Source: Macrostomum hystrix (lineage: Eukaryota > Animalia > Platyhelminthes). From it: a stretch of DNA of 64,000 nt. Below, piece after piece: positions 49,764-63,087 of this stretch. Made by a program: the position numbers and the translations under genes. Numbering within the stretch: the stretch's first letter is position 1; each line of letters opens with the position of its first letter. Below the pieces are notes generated by a model. It did no database searches, was not told the origin of the DNA, and saw nothing but the letters and a program-made list of their open reading frames with translations. The DNA lies in assembly GCA_950097015.1 (NCBI GenBank), contig CATNEN010000007.1:8556001-8620000 (forward strand). The letters are read 5' to 3'.

Positions 49764-51863
49764 ATTATAAAATCGTAAAAATAAATAAAAATCAAAAACG
49801 CGCCAAAAATATTTTGTTAATCTTTGTACCGTATTAAAAGTAATGTTGTATGAAAATAATTTTGTTTTACCTTTCATCATGTAAATAATATTATGTAAAA
49901 TATGCGAATTAAAACAAACGCTAATTTCCCTGTGTATAAATAGCGGCGAGTTTTCAGAGAGAAAAATAAAGAGGACTGAAAAGGGTAGTTTGAAGTTAAA
50001 GTTGAAGTTAAAGTTGAAGTTAAAGTTAAAGTTAAAGTTGTCAGTTGTAAGTTGTCAGTTGTACGTTGTCAGTTGAACGTTGTCAGTGTGTGTTGAAGTA
50101 AGTTTTGTAAAGTTTGTCAGGTTTTAAGAGATTTCAATGTTTTCATAAGTTTGAAGTGTTTTCAAGAGAGTTTAAAGAGTGAGTTTAAAGGTTGAGATAA
50201 TTTGAAGTGTTTAAAGAATTGAAGTTGAAATTGAAGGAGTTTTTAGTGTGTTTATAAATAGAACTTTTAAGTGTGTTAAAAAAAACAAATTTCCGAAGGT
50301 AATTGTGTGCATTGTGTTATTCATTTTAAGAAGAAATAGCAGTGAGAGATATAATCAGAATTATACTCAGGAATTATACTAAGAATATTACAGAAGAGAA
50401 ACTGCTAAACTCTAATCTCGGGGACGCCTAATTGACTGGAAACGTGTGCAGTTGCCTAGTTACCGCTCGTGCATATATAAACGCTACCATTTGAGAAACA
50501 AAAACGGCCCATTTAAGGACCGCCATTTAAAAATATCTTTTAAATTGAGTTAACAGCGGTGGGATTTTCTTATAAAAGCCAGTTATTAAGTAAAGCCCTG
50601 GTACATTATTATAATAAAAACAAAAGAATTTTTGAGGGTACCAAACAGACGTAATATATTTTAATTAACCGTTTTTCGAGCATAGCAGCATAGCATAGAA
50701 AAATTCTAGCATTATTTGGTCGATATTTTGAGAGCAGTATATGTCAACAAAAGAAAGCATAAAAGTATATGATATATAGCTCAATAACGTTATATCGATG
50801 GATAGCGTCTGGTATTAGGTGAATGGCATGAGGTTTATAAAGAAAAGCATTATATTTCCAGGAGAAAGCATGAGATTTCCAGGGGAAAGCATGAGATTTC
50901 CAGGAGAAAGCATGAGATTTCCAGGGGAAAGCATGAGATTTCCAGGAGAAAGCATGAGATTTCCAGGGGAAAGCTTGAGATTTCCAGGAGAAAGCATGAG
51001 ATTTCCAGGGGAAAGCTTGAGATTTCCAGGGGATTGCATTAATAATCGATGTGGGAGCATGAATTGTGCAGGAGGAAACATTAATTATCAAGAAGGAAAT
51101 ATTAATTATCCGTATAAAAGCATGAATTATTCATGGAAAGCATAAATTATCCATTGAAGCATGAAATAAAATTTGTCCATGGATAGCATGGTATGACAAA
51201 TTGGAAGCATAGATTGAGGTAAAAGCATGATAAAGCTAGAGAAAAGCATGAATTATCAAGGGGGTAGCAAGAATCATCGACGATGGAGCATGAAATGGCA
51301 TGAATTATTAAAGAAGAACATAAATTATCGACTTAGTAGCATGAATTATCGATGAAAAAGCATGATTTTCAGTGGGTAAGCAGTAATTATCGAAAGGGAA
51401 AGCGTGAATTATCAAGGGGAAGCATGATTTATCGAGGCGAAAGCGTTAAATATCGAGGAGCTAGCATGGATCATCGAGGGGGAATCATGAATTTTTAAGG
51501 GAAAAGAATGAACTATAACTGAACAAGCATGAACTGTCTAGGTGTATGCATAAATTATCAAGGGGGTAGAATGATATTTATGAACTGACTTGCATAGATA
51601 ATCGAAGGGTTGCATATTATTTACCGAGAGGGTCGCATATGGTTTATCGAGGCGTAGCAGGATATATATACTCGTAGTAATATTTTATCATCAACAGTTC
51701 AAAACGTAAGTACGGTTCGTATACCGTATTCGTATACCGTATAGATACGTACCGTATCTAGGCTCAGAATAGATAGATATCAATTGATAGATATCGAGGC
51801 TCAGTATTGATAGATCTCTAGGCTCAGAGTCGATAGAAATCTAGGCTCAGAATGGATAGATAT

Positions 51864-52336
51864 TGTTGTGATTCACCTACATGCGCAGGTAGGCCTACAG
51901 TTAGGTTGGGTAAGCTGCGACTCCCCAGGTCCCCAGAAAAGCGCCGCTCGACCCGCGTCCGGAGGAATGACAGAGAGAAACAACAACAGACTCACAGTAT
52001 CTCTGCTGATGCAACAGTTAGTAGCCGGTCGGTTTTATTTGCACTAAAATAGACAGTCTCGTAACAGGTGGGCAGACGAGGTTAGCAGGGTCTAATTAAC
52101 TGGGCACAACTATATAGCTAGGTTGGCACCACAGAACTCCGGGCTTTAGCGACAAAACAAACAGGGGGTGGGGTACGAGAGCGCGCAAGGCGGGTGAGAT
52201 GTACATTCAACAATTAGGGGTAGGCTGGGCGATCGATACATATGAACTGGGGTGGGGGCACGCTAGCCGACTGGCGGGGCAGGGAATGAGAAAGAGATGA
52301 AAATGATAGGGCAGAGGTGAGGGTTGCGTCACAACA
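51864..52336 (-). mobile_element. Solo LTR (473 bp)
   Basis: Perfect 8-bp inverted termini TGTTGTGA/TCACAACA; 4-bp TSD ATAT; AATAAA on the minus strand near 52035. Confidence 0.82.
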
Positions 52337-52339
52337 ATA

Positions 52340-52621
52340 TCTAGGCTCAGAATCGATACATTATCTAGGCTCAACATTTATATATGTCTAGGCTCAGAAT
52401 CGATACATTATCTAGGCTCAACATTTATATATGTCTAGGCTCAGAATCGATACATTATCTAGGCTCAACATTTATATATGTCTAGGCTCAGAATCGATAC
52501 ATTATCTAGGCTCAACATTTATATATGTCTAGGCTCAGAATCGATACATTATCTAGGCTCAACATTTATATATGTCTAGGCTCAGAATCGATACATTATC
52601 TAGGCTCAACATTTATATATG
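52340..52621. repeat. 47-bp tandem repeat, 6 perfect copies (dimer of TCTAGGCTCA subunits)
   Basis: Unit TCTAGGCTCAGAATCGATACATTATCTAGGCTCAACATTTATATATG. Confidence 0.93.
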
Positions 52622-54108
52622 TCTAGGATCAGAATCGTGAATTCTAATATAAAATATAAGTTTTTCGAGTGTAGCAGCAAGTGTTATTCGATGCTAAAAC
52701 AAAGGAAGGATTTTTTTAGCATAGCTGCAAGTTTTAGCAGATTCAGAACTAGAAAAAGTATGTTGAGCACAGCTAAAGGCGTTATTAATTTTAAGTTTTA
52801 ACATTTTTTCAAGCATTGCTTCAAGCGTTATTCGATTCAAATCTCAATGAAGACTGTTCGAGCATAGGTAGCTTTTAACGCTATTCGATACTAAAACGAA
52901 GGAAACATTATTGAGCATAGCTGCATGCGTTATCAGATTCAGAACAAGAACTATTTGAGCATAGCTAAAAGCGTTATTAATTTTAATTTGTAACAATTTT
53001 TTTCAAGCGTAATTCGATTCAAAAATCAATGAAAACTGTTCGAGCACACGTAGCTTTTAGCAGTTTCAAACTTAAGAAAAGTGTTTTGAGCATTGCTGCA
53101 ATCGTCATTTGATTCAAAACCAAGCAGGGAAGCTATCATTATTTTTTCTCCATTTTAAAAGCATGATAATTTGAAGGAAAACATGAAACTTAAGAATATA
53201 GCGCTAGATAACAATGGATAGCAGCATGAGATAATACGTAAATAGAAGAATAGAATGGTTTATTGAGGGCCGGGTGGCTTGTATTATCGATGGTATAGCA
53301 TAAATTATCCAGGAGAAAGCATCAATAAATTATTGAAAAAATACTGAAATATGAATGCGAAAGCATGGAATATCGACGACGTGGCATGACTTATTGAAGA
53401 AAAAACATTAAGTATCAAGTGGGGTAAGCATGAATTATCTAGGGAAAGCTTGAATTATCGAGGAAGGAGCATGCATTATCAAGTGGAAAGCATGACATAT
53501 CGAGGGGAAGAAAAATTGTCGACGTAAAAGCATGAATTATCGAGGGAAAGCAAAATTAACAAGGGATATCATGATTATTCAACTGGCTTGCATGAATTAT
53601 CGAAAGGGAAAGCGTGAAACATCCTGGGGAAGAATAAGTTATCGAGGGGAAACATTAATTGTCGAGGTGGTAGAATGGATTCTCGAGGTGAAAGCATGAG
53701 TTGTCGAAAGGGAGCTTGAATTATCGAAGAGAAGCATGATTTATCCAGGTGTAGTGCAAATTATCGAAAGGAGAGTGTGAAATATTGACGGGAAAGGATG
53801 TTTATCGAGGGTAAAGCATGAATTATCGAGAGGGAAACATGAGTTATCGAGGGAAAGCATGACTGATATAAGGGGTAGCATGAATTATTAAAGGGGAAGC
53901 ATAAATGATCAAGGGCAGGTATTGGTTCTAGTTTCGCAGTGGGGTAGGCTACGAGTGCGCTATAAATGTTGGTTTCCGAGGGAGAGCGAACACCAAAGCT
54001 GGTTGCAAATTCGTAATGCTTTCGAGCTAGGGGTCTTTCCAGAGACAATCTACATCGACTTTCTCTCCATTGGATTGAGCTATAAATAATTTTATAAAAT
54101 AAATTGCG

Positions 54109-56090
54109 ATGCAGCAACTGCTCCTGTTGTGCTTCTGTTGTACGATTGCCGCCGCGAGCAGCGACTGGAACGCTCGTTTCGACGAAAGCTTCGTGACGCA
54201 TGAAAGGAATGACGCTAGCTATTCTCAGCTACCGGATGATGTGACGGTGGTTGTACCACGACCCGGCGCAGGCCGCTTTGTCGGCTTGTTGACCAATGTT
54301 ACGCAGTGGCCTGACCAGTTAAGCGGGAGCTCGGCAGATCGAGTCTCCGCATTCCTTGGCATCCCGTATGCAGCAAAGCCGACTGGCTCGCTGCGGTTCC
54401 GTCTTCCTCGACCAGCGTATCTTGACTCCCGAGGAAGATGGCTAGCGCGTCGCTATGGAAACGCGTGCCTCCAGGGTACCTTTCGGTTTCGTCTGAGTTT
54501 GCTAAAACTTCCTTTGAAGCAGTTCTCGGAAGACTGCCTGTACATTAATTTGTTTGTACCAGGCAACGCCAGTGAACCCAGACAAGAGAAACTGCCGGTG
54601 CTGCTTAACATCCACGGTGGAAGTCTTTTAGTCAGTGGTCCTCACTCCTATCCTGGACAAGTGCTTGCCGCAAAAGGCATCGTAATGGCAACTATTGCCT
54701 ATCGCTTAAACATATTCGGTTTGATTTCAACCGGAACCTACTCGGCGCCAGGTAATCTGGCCTTGTGGGACCAGCGCGCTGCCCTCATGTGGATTCGGGA
54801 CAATGTCAAATTCTTCGGTGGCGATCCAGGACGGGTAACACTCAGCGGCGAGAGTGCCGGAGGCTCCTCGGTTGGACTGCATATTGTGTCTAATGGACAA
54901 ATTTTAAATGGCGGCCGACCTCTGTTTCACCAGGCAGTGCTAATGAGCGGAGCCGACATAGCGAATTGGGCTGTATCTCGACCAACTATCGGAGACCACG
55001 AGGGCTCCGTGAGCCACATTGCTAACCTGCTCAACTGCTCCAGAGGTTCAGTAGCGGCCACGATAAACTGCCTAAAAAGCCGATCTGCGAGCGAAATCGA
55101 TAAATGGAGCCTGAAAAATCGAAGGGATACCAAAGAGCCTGAGTGGCTGTGGGCTCCAGTGGTCGATGGAGTTCTCATCAGCGACATTCCTCTGGTGCTG
55201 CGGCAAAAAGGTGACTTCATGCGACTGCCAATCATGGGAGGTTGCACCCGGGATGACATAGTGAGGAACAACTTCGCTAGAGACGACTCAGTTCGCAATA
55301 TTCTGTTAGACGAGTTCACCAAAAATGGCACTAAAATGGTGAGCGCTTCCAGATGACCCTGCATTTGAGGATACATTTGTTCTGAGCTAATTTATCCCGT
55401 ATAGAATTCAAACTAACAATCTAATTTTTTCTATAATTTTTCAAGATTCCCGGAATCGAGGCCATCGTCGATGACGTCATCAAGATTTACCTCAACGATG
55501 ACAGAAGGGCAAGAAGCCCAGCCGAGCTCAGTATGTTGATGGAGAATGTGACGAGAGACTACGAGATGATTGAGCCGGTATACCAAGTCCTTCGCTACCA
55601 TGCCAATCTGCAAGCTGTTCATCAGCCTGTGTTTCTCTACGAGTTCGGCTACGAAAAGCCGCTTCAAGCTAAACCTCTCGTCAAGCACGGCGACGACCTG
55701 GATTACATCCTGGGCCTGCCATTCATCTCGTCCGACTGGTGGCTCCGAGTCAGTAAAGCCTCAAATCTGTCCCAGTTTGCACTTTTTAACTCGGACGAGC
55801 AGCGAAGAATGAGCGACTTCATGACAACGCTGTGGACCAACTTTGTAAAGTTCGGCGACCCGACTCCAACTCCGGTGCGCGGCTTCAAGTGGGGCCGAAT
55901 GTCCAAGGATGGCGCTAACCAATCGAGCCCTTGCGCGATGCTCAACCTGCCCGAGAGGACTCACTTAGTCACTGATTACAAGCGCCAGGAGATGCAGCTG
56001 TGGAAGCGCTACTACGAACTGGAGCTGCAGTACGTGCTGCAGCTTAGTCACAGTCAGTCCTTGAAGGCTGCTTCAAAGTTGCTGATGTGA
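54109..56090 (+). CDS. Type-B carboxylesterase / cholinesterase-like protein (624 aa; exons 54109-55338, 55446-56090)
   Basis: Signal peptide, FLGIPYA.P, SEDCLYIN, IHGG, GNLALWDQ, FGGDP..VTLSGESAGG (Ser), KHGDDL (His), WTNFVKFGDP; phase-0 GT-AG intron; TATAAA at 54081. The stop codon lies inside the adjacent LTR. Confidence 0.9.
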
Positions 56091-59000
56091 AGAAACTTAA
56101 CTAACTCAACCTTGGGCCATCTCGGCCCTTGGCAGTTTTTCAGTGACAACCAAAACTCAACCCTTTCACGGAGTCTCTGCGCACGCTCACTTTTGTTGTT
56201 TTTTTGCAAATACATTAATATGCATTCGTGCATTCGTGCATTGCGTACATGCGGCGGGAGAGAGGCAGGGGTGGACAGCACGAACAGATAAGAAAATAAC
56301 AATATGCAAATAATGATGTCTTCTTAACATACCCCCTCCCTGACTACTTTCAGCTAAGAACAAAGACCAGGAACATCATAATAAAAATAATAAAGTTAGC
56401 TACGCAAAAAATTACCTGGTCAAGGCATTCATCCACGCCACGCAACGCGTTTAGGAGTAAGCAGGTTTTTAACCAAAAAACGAAAGGTTCACGACTCAGC
56501 TGACCAACCAAATCTAAAAAGAACCACCAAAAATGAAGTCTTCATACAGGACGCACTCCAAACAACGACACAACGAAAAAAGTTAAAACTTGACGATTGG
56601 CAATGGTAACAAAAGATGCAGATGTAACGAATGAAAGCAGTACTGAAAAAACCAGCTCTCCGCACGAAGAAAAAACTCATGAACAATTTGTGCCGCAAAA
56701 TCGAGAAATACACCAAAATTTACTAACGTTAGTGAATGGAACAAACATCAGGCATCAACGCCAAACTTTTACCGCCACCGAAAAAACAGGAACGAAACAA
56801 GCACCAAGAAGAGCAAAAAAGTGCAACCATGGCTAAAAGAGGAAGCCTTCAAAACAACACATTGTCTACGCGCCTTCTAAGCACATTGTTCATCCCTAAA
56901 CCAATCGTTTTTACAGTCAACACTCAATTGCACAATAGCACTCTCAATCAACGCTCGCTCGCTGCAGGACACAGCTTGTGCACCAGCCGTAGCACCAGGC
57001 TGTCGCCGATTCTAACTTTGGCCACTCGAACATGCCGATATCGTCCAGGAAACACCTCGGCAACTCGACCAAGCGGCCAGTTACCTCGCGGTACGCCAGG
57101 AGTCAACACCAAGACCACATCGCCGACGGTCACGTCAGGCTGCGCTTTGTACCACTTGGTCCTTGCGTTGAGTCCAAGCACCCATTCGCGGATCCATCTT
57201 TGTCAAAAGTGCCGCACAAGCTCCTGGACGCGGCGCCAGCGTCGCTTCGGATCCCTGGCGACGTCGCTATCCGCTTCTGGTGCGAAGTCACTACCTAGAC
57301 AACCATGCAGAAAATGGCTCGGTGTCAGCGGTGCGCTGTCTCGTGGATTAGTCGTCTGGTACTTCAGCGGCCTGGAATTGATGAGCGCTTCTGCTCCAGT
57401 GAATGCCGAATGTAACTCCTCATCGCTGATGTCTCCGAGGATGGCATGGTTGGCTCGCTTGGCCGCACGGATCATCACTTCATGAGCTCCGCCGAAGTGC
57501 GGTGCAACTGGAGGTTGAAAGTGCCACTTCATTAATCGCTCCACCGCTGCTCGCGCCACCTTGCCGCGGTGCTCATCGCCGAACTTGCCTAATTCTCGTT
57601 CTCCTTTAACGAAGTTTCCACGCTTGTCTGAAAAGACTTCTAAGGGTCGCCCTCGTCGATTGACCATTCGTGCGAAGGCGTTCAAGAAAACGCCCGTGTC
57701 CAGACTGTGGGCCAACTCCAAGTGAACTGCTGTTGTCTCTAAGTAAACAGGGCCAGATATCGTTTTTGGCGTCGTCTTCCACGTCCTTGCACAGTCAAGA
57801 ATGGGCCACTGCTACTGCTACGTTCGTGAATACTTTTTGCGAGACTGTTAACCTGGCCGCCGGTAGCGGAGCCATCTGCTGCGACTGCGGTGCCGCATGC
57901 TGCAACCTGTACTCCGCACATTCCTTTTCCTATTTTTGGATGACTTACCTTTCTCTGATGATCCAGAACTTAGTAGATAAAGCTACAAGGGTCTGGTTTG
58001 CCCCTCCGTTATTTTGCTCTTCATGGCACTCTTTCACCACTAGCTTGGTCGTCCAGCTGCGGCGTAGCAAGATGATCGGATGCTTAGCACGGTAGGATAA
58101 TTTTTGGTCAAACTTGAGCCGCCCATCAACGCGCAGCAGTCCGTCGTCATCAAGGAATGGCTGAAGAAAGCGCAGTTGGCTATTGCTTCGGATAGGCTTT
58201 CCGCTGCAAATCTGGCGCAGCTCTTCACTAGATGCCTCCTTCTGAGCATTATGCAGAATTATTGACTCAGCTTCCTGCAGCTCCTCTGCTTCGAACTCGC
58301 TGTTGCGGCGCTGACCGATCGACAGTTTACAGTTTTGAATGAATCTCTGCACCCAAGCTGTTTCGCTACGCAGGCGCCGAAAGCTTGAAAATCGCAGTGG
58401 GGCAAGCCGCCAAGCCTCATCTGTCGACTGCACGGACACCAGCCTCACATCTGCCTCATCATTCTTAATGCTGCACACCAACGCATGCCGTTTTACTTCT
58501 TTATCGCTGTCTGTGGCTGGAAGCAACTTTGGCGGCCAATCGCTCTCTGACATCTTTAGGAACGCAGGCCCGTCTCTCCAGAGGGAGATCTGGCATAGTT
58601 CAGCTGCGCTGCAGCCACGTGACGTGAGATCTGCGGGATTCTGGTCAGATGAAACACATCTCCATTGCCTGGAGTTCACCACTTCCGGTATAAGCGCGAC
58701 ACGGTTAGCCACGAATGTTTTGAAGATCCGGCTACTACCTCTAAACATTAGCGCTGTCGCTCCAGAACACGGCCTTTCGAATGTTCATTTCGAATGCTTC
58801 TACGACTGTCTTAGTCAGCCGCACGCCCAAAACCGCCGCCATCAGCTCTAACCTTGGAATGCTGCATGCTGTCAGTGGTGCGACGCGAGCCTTTGCAGTG
58901 ACAAGTCAAACGCTGATGTTTTTAACACTCGAACCGCTCCGTAAGCCACCTGGGACGCGTCAACGAAGATATGCAGCTCTGCTTCGTTGCCTGGATTCGG

Positions 59001-59316
59001 CCACAAGCATGAAGTCCGCAACTCCAGAAGCCAGCTGTCGCGCGAGTTGATTGCTGGCCTTCGTGAAGGCTGACTTGGCCTTGGTCTTTCTCGCTTTTGC
59101 CTCGACCAGCTCGTAATCCTCCTCCGAGTCGGTTGGCTCCACTAGCTGTGGATCCGTCTTAGACATCGCTGTCGATTGTCGTTTCTCGATTGTCGTTAAA
59201 ACTGATCTTGTTGTTGATGAAAAGTTCTTCGGTTTCTTTTTGCAAACTAGAAAAAAACCAGCTGCAAACCAGCCACGCTCTGCTACTTATATTTTTTTAT
59301 GTGAAGAAACTTAACA
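56086..59316 (-). mobile_element. BEL/Pao LTR retrotransposon, internally deleted (gag start fused to RNase H/integrase)
   Basis: 3' LTR 56086-56329 with adjacent PPT (GGGAGGGGG on minus); integrase (FLNAFARMVNRRGRP..VFSD.RGNF, PHFGGAHE, INSRPL, WPLGRV); RNase H RVAPL..IPRLEL; PBS-like GTAGCAGAGCG; only 17 bp of 5' LTR remain (59300-59316). Confidence 0.9.
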
Positions 59317-59856
59317 CATTGGGTTGCGATAATCACATGCATACTTTTTCTAGCTCGAAGTGATTGCATATAGTCATTTTGTTTTTATGTTTTTAATGTT
59401 CCCGCCTTCGCTCCTTATCTTTATGCGCAGCCAATTTGACCCACACTTTATTGCCTCAGCTAGATATTAATTAGTTTGATGCAATCAGTACGTGACTTAA
59501 TGTTCATCAGCACAAGAATACGAGGGCGAATTCCACCGCACTTAAAATCACCTGTTGCAGAAAGTTGTATCTGACTGTCTGTTCAAGATACACGCGAATT
59601 TCTAGAAGGGCTGGAAATGTGCTAAGACTACTAGAGCGAGATGCGCATGTTTTGAAGTGGAAGAGAATACTTTTGTACCAAAAATAGCTGCAACTGAAAA
59701 ACTTGATAGGAGAATTCATTATCAATAAGAAATGAACCTTATGATAACATATAATTTCGTACTGCAGTCAAACTTGCTCGCTTGTGAAAAATGGTTTTGC
59801 AACAAATATTATCATAATTTTCACGTACTCTTCAGCTCATATGCCAGATGTTTTTA

Positions 59857-60208
59857 GTAGCAGTAGTAGTAGTAGTAGCAGTAGTAGTAGCAGTAGTAGT
59901 AGTAGTAATAGTAGTAGTAGTAGCAGTAGCAGTAGTAGTACTAGTAGTAGTAGTATTAATAGTAGTAGTAGCAGTAGTAGTAGCAGTAGTAGTAGTAGCA
60001 GTAGTAGTACTAGTAGTAGTAGTATTAATAGTAGTAGTAGTAGCAGTAGTAGTAGTAGTAGTAGTAGTATTAATAGTAGTAGTAGTAGCAGTAGTAGTAG
60101 TAGTAGCAGTAGTAGTACTAGTAGTAGTAGTATTAATAGTAGTAGTAGTAGCAGTAGTAGTAGTAGTAGTATTAATAGTAGTAGTAGTAGTAGCAGCAGT
60201 AGTAGTAA

Positions 60209-60241
<33 letters not shown>

Positions 60242-60263
60242 AAGTAGTAGTGGTAGTAGTAGT
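59857..60263. repeat. (AGT)n microsatellite with periodic interruptions
   Basis: Direct inspection. Confidence 0.95.
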
Positions 60264-60650
60264 TCTTCACTGTTTGCGCAAAAGTTATCTCCTATAACTT
60301 GCCGTTGTCAGAATTTTTTCTAACCACCTCACGAAAAGATATGAAGACAGAATTGGCAGAAGACACTAACTGGCAGAAACCAGTTAGTACATTTTCCAAA
60401 TTCTGATAATTCTAGCACTGTAAGTTGAAGCGTTTAATTATAAATTAAAGTTTGTAGTAAATAATGTATACTGCGGGTGTCATGCAACACAAACAAATAA
60501 ACTAACTAAAGGCATACAGACAAGGAACAATGCAGGCAATAAATATTAAATAGTAGTTACTACTAAATTACTTACTACTTACTACTAGTAGTTACTACTA
60601 AATACTACTAAATAGTAGTTAAATAGTAGTTAAATAATAATAACAAAATA

Positions 60651-61350
60651 CTACACATGACGATACAGGAAATTAGCTGAGTTCCACGTACCGTTGTAAA
60701 ATCTCTCCGAATAGTCTCTTCTGAGTCTGCGTGCGTTCCAACTTCTCCAAGTCCAGGCAAATTTGTTCGCAGTGTCCGCTGATGGGGATGGAGGTGGCAG
60801 ATTACGAAGCTGCGAGTACGCCGAACTACTTATCAGGTAAATTAAAGCAGACTGTCTGGCTAAGTCATACCGACGACTCGTAGGACCTTCTGACAATAGC
60901 TGCAGTTGCGATAAGACAAATTGAACTGACGGATCCGTGAAGGCAACGTTTTCTAGCTGCAGCACTTGAACGAGAGAGGATGACACAGCTTTCAGTTCAT
61001 ACTTCAACGAGACACTGAAGCTTTTGCAGCGAAGAACTACACGGCATCAAGTTGCGAATAGAATTTAAGTGTAGGTTGAAACCCCATCAGATCTCGCTAA
61101 GGCACTGGCGAATGGTAATGAAAACCACGAGTCGTAAAGTTCGGCGATTTGTACACCCTCTCTTGTTTTGATCTCTCCTCTTGAATCCAGTCCGAGAAAG
61201 TATATGTCTTCATTGCAGACAGTAACGAGTAAAGATTGCTGTGTAACGACAGCAGATGACTTAAAGCTGTAAATAGCTCGTGGCGGCATGTCAAACTGTC
61301 AACTTTACGGAACTCTTCCATCTCGTCTGGTCTGGTATTTCGATCTGCTG
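60651..61350 (-). mobile_element. P-element/THAP9-like transposase relic
   Basis: FVLSQLQLLS..PTSRRY...LIYLISSSAYSQLRN.LPPPS resembles the region preceding the P-transposase catalytic core; frameshifted. Confidence 0.5.
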
Positions 61351-61359
61351 ACATAACAT

Positions 61360-62125
61360 TGCTACCAGTCCGTCAACCAGAATCGCGACCAAGTCCAAGC
61401 TGTTATTGAAGAAGAAATCCGGCTCGAAAGGTACGTCCCAGTCGTGGACAAGCCTACGATGGTCTGTCCACTGGGTGCCATTCCGAAAGACAGCTCCGGC
61501 ATCCGGCTAATCTATGGTTGCTCCGTCCCTCGCGGCTGCAGCCTGAACGATCACTATGCCCAACAACGGCGTCTCCACTTCACCTCCGTCGACAAACCGT
61601 CAGGATGATGCAGCCCGGCTGGTTCATGGCAAAGGTGGACATCGCGTCAGCCTACCGCAGCGTGCCAATTTCTCCGCAGTGCTACCAAGCCACCGGCATC
61701 CACTGGGACTTCGGCAACGGCTGCTCAACCTTCCTGGTGGATACGCAGTTACCATTCGGCAGCTGAGCCTCCGTCAGCATTTTCCATCGCCTCACGCAAG
61801 CGGCCCGACGAATGATGTGTCGCAAGGGGTTCCTGGCAACCGTCGTTTTCATCGATGACTTCCTCGTCATGGCCAGGACGAAAGCCGAATGCGACAGGGC
61901 CTACCACGAGCTGCGCAACCTGCTCACCAAGCTTGGCTTCACCATCAACGGGAGAAAGCCTGTGCCGCCGACGACAAAGCTGCGGTTCCTCGGCATTGAC
62001 ATCGACACCGTGCAAGCCAGTCTTTCCTTCCCAGCCGACAAAGAAGAAAAACACCTGCCTCTCGCGGAGGAGCCTGTGCAAGTCTGAGCTGTAGAAGATG
62101 CTCGGGCACCTCAGCCACGTGGCTT
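61360..62125 (+). mobile_element. DIRS-like RT fragment
   Basis: PLGAIPK, MAKVDIASAYRSV, LPFG, FIDDF, LGFTIN, FLGIDIDT; related to 21818-22270. Confidence 0.82.
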
Positions 62126-62934
62126 AAGATTTAAGAAAGTCACCACTAGGAAACATTATTTTTCACTAGTTGGTTGGAAATAGTTCTGAATATAATGACG
62201 CCCACAGCGACCCTCTCTCCGATCAAAATATTAATTGAGAATGTGTGCAGCGCGCGATCCGTAAGCCCAATCGCATTTAAATGAATAACTCTTGCAGCGG
62301 CGTTTCAAATAATAAAAAAATGTTTAATTTTTAATTAAATATTTCTGCACATATGAGTTTCTTCTTCACACCAGTTCGTTCTTATTCCTGACATAAAAGA
62401 AATTATAGTTTGTTTAATCGCTACTACGAAATTCAAACTAGACAAGCAGATTGCAAGGCACATACATACATTTACACTGCCACAGAAGAAGGCAAAGAAA
62501 AAGGGGGGAGCATGGGGCGAAAGAGAAAAATGGGGAAAGAAAGGGGAAAGAGAGCATGGCGGCAGTGTCAGAGCAAGGTCTTACGCAAGGCACATGCAAA
62601 TCATTTAAAAGCGCTATATACACTAATTAATTCAACTATTGGCTTATTGATAGCTACCGTGTGCAAATTAATTTCTTTATGCTGATTCCACATTTATTAA
62701 GTCTAATTATGCCCGTCGATAATATAATTTGCGAAATCAATCGCGTTCAGTGACGACGTGTATATAATAATACGTCCGCGTGCATTCACTGCACTAGCCT
62801 GATGTTTCAATCGCGCGTCCAACAATATTATTAGTATACATGTTCACTCATTTTCGATTGATTAAAGGCAAAAAAGGTTTGCTGCAAAGCCTTATCTCTT
62901 TCAAATTGCCACATCGCGGCATCCCTCGCTTCCG

Positions 62935-63087
62935 CAAGGTTGGGCCGAGATTGACTGCCCGACCTCGGCTTGCCGACCCAATGCCGAGTTTGGGCCGACG
63001 TCGGATATCCGACCCCAGACAAGCCGACAGAATGCCGAGTGGCCGACGTCGGCCCGAGCTCGGGCCGATATCGGCTTTCCCACTGGG
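62935..63087. repeat. GC-rich subterminal-type repeats (GGCCGA/TCGGCC) ending in CCCACTGGG; probable DNA-transposon end
   Basis: Clustered direct and inverted short repeats; partner end not found. Confidence 0.4.

Larger units (their letters stand above)
50840..53910. repeat. Degenerate ~21-bp satellite (GAAAGCATGAATTATCGAGGG-like), homogeneous block at 50856-51030, interrupted at about 51660-53140
   Basis: Recurrent AAGCATGA.TT.TC.AGG units at 50840-51660 and 53140-53910. Confidence 0.75.

Noticed and set aside
49482-52621. CRISPR-like arrays
   Set aside because: Units are contiguous with no unique spacers; eukaryotic context with no cas genes
54109-56090. Neuroligin or true acetylcholinesterase assignment
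   Set aside because: The catalytic Ser (GESAG) is retained, unlike neuroligins, and no transmembrane or cytoplasmic tail is seen; AChE-specific gorge residues could not be confirmed by eye
98-59316. Complementation between the two BEL elements (one lacks integrase, the other lacks protease/RT)
   Set aside because: LTRs and PBSs are unrelated and both carry many stops and frameshifts
59784-60323. Poly-Ser / poly-Val ORFs
   Set aside because: Translation of an (AGT)n microsatellite
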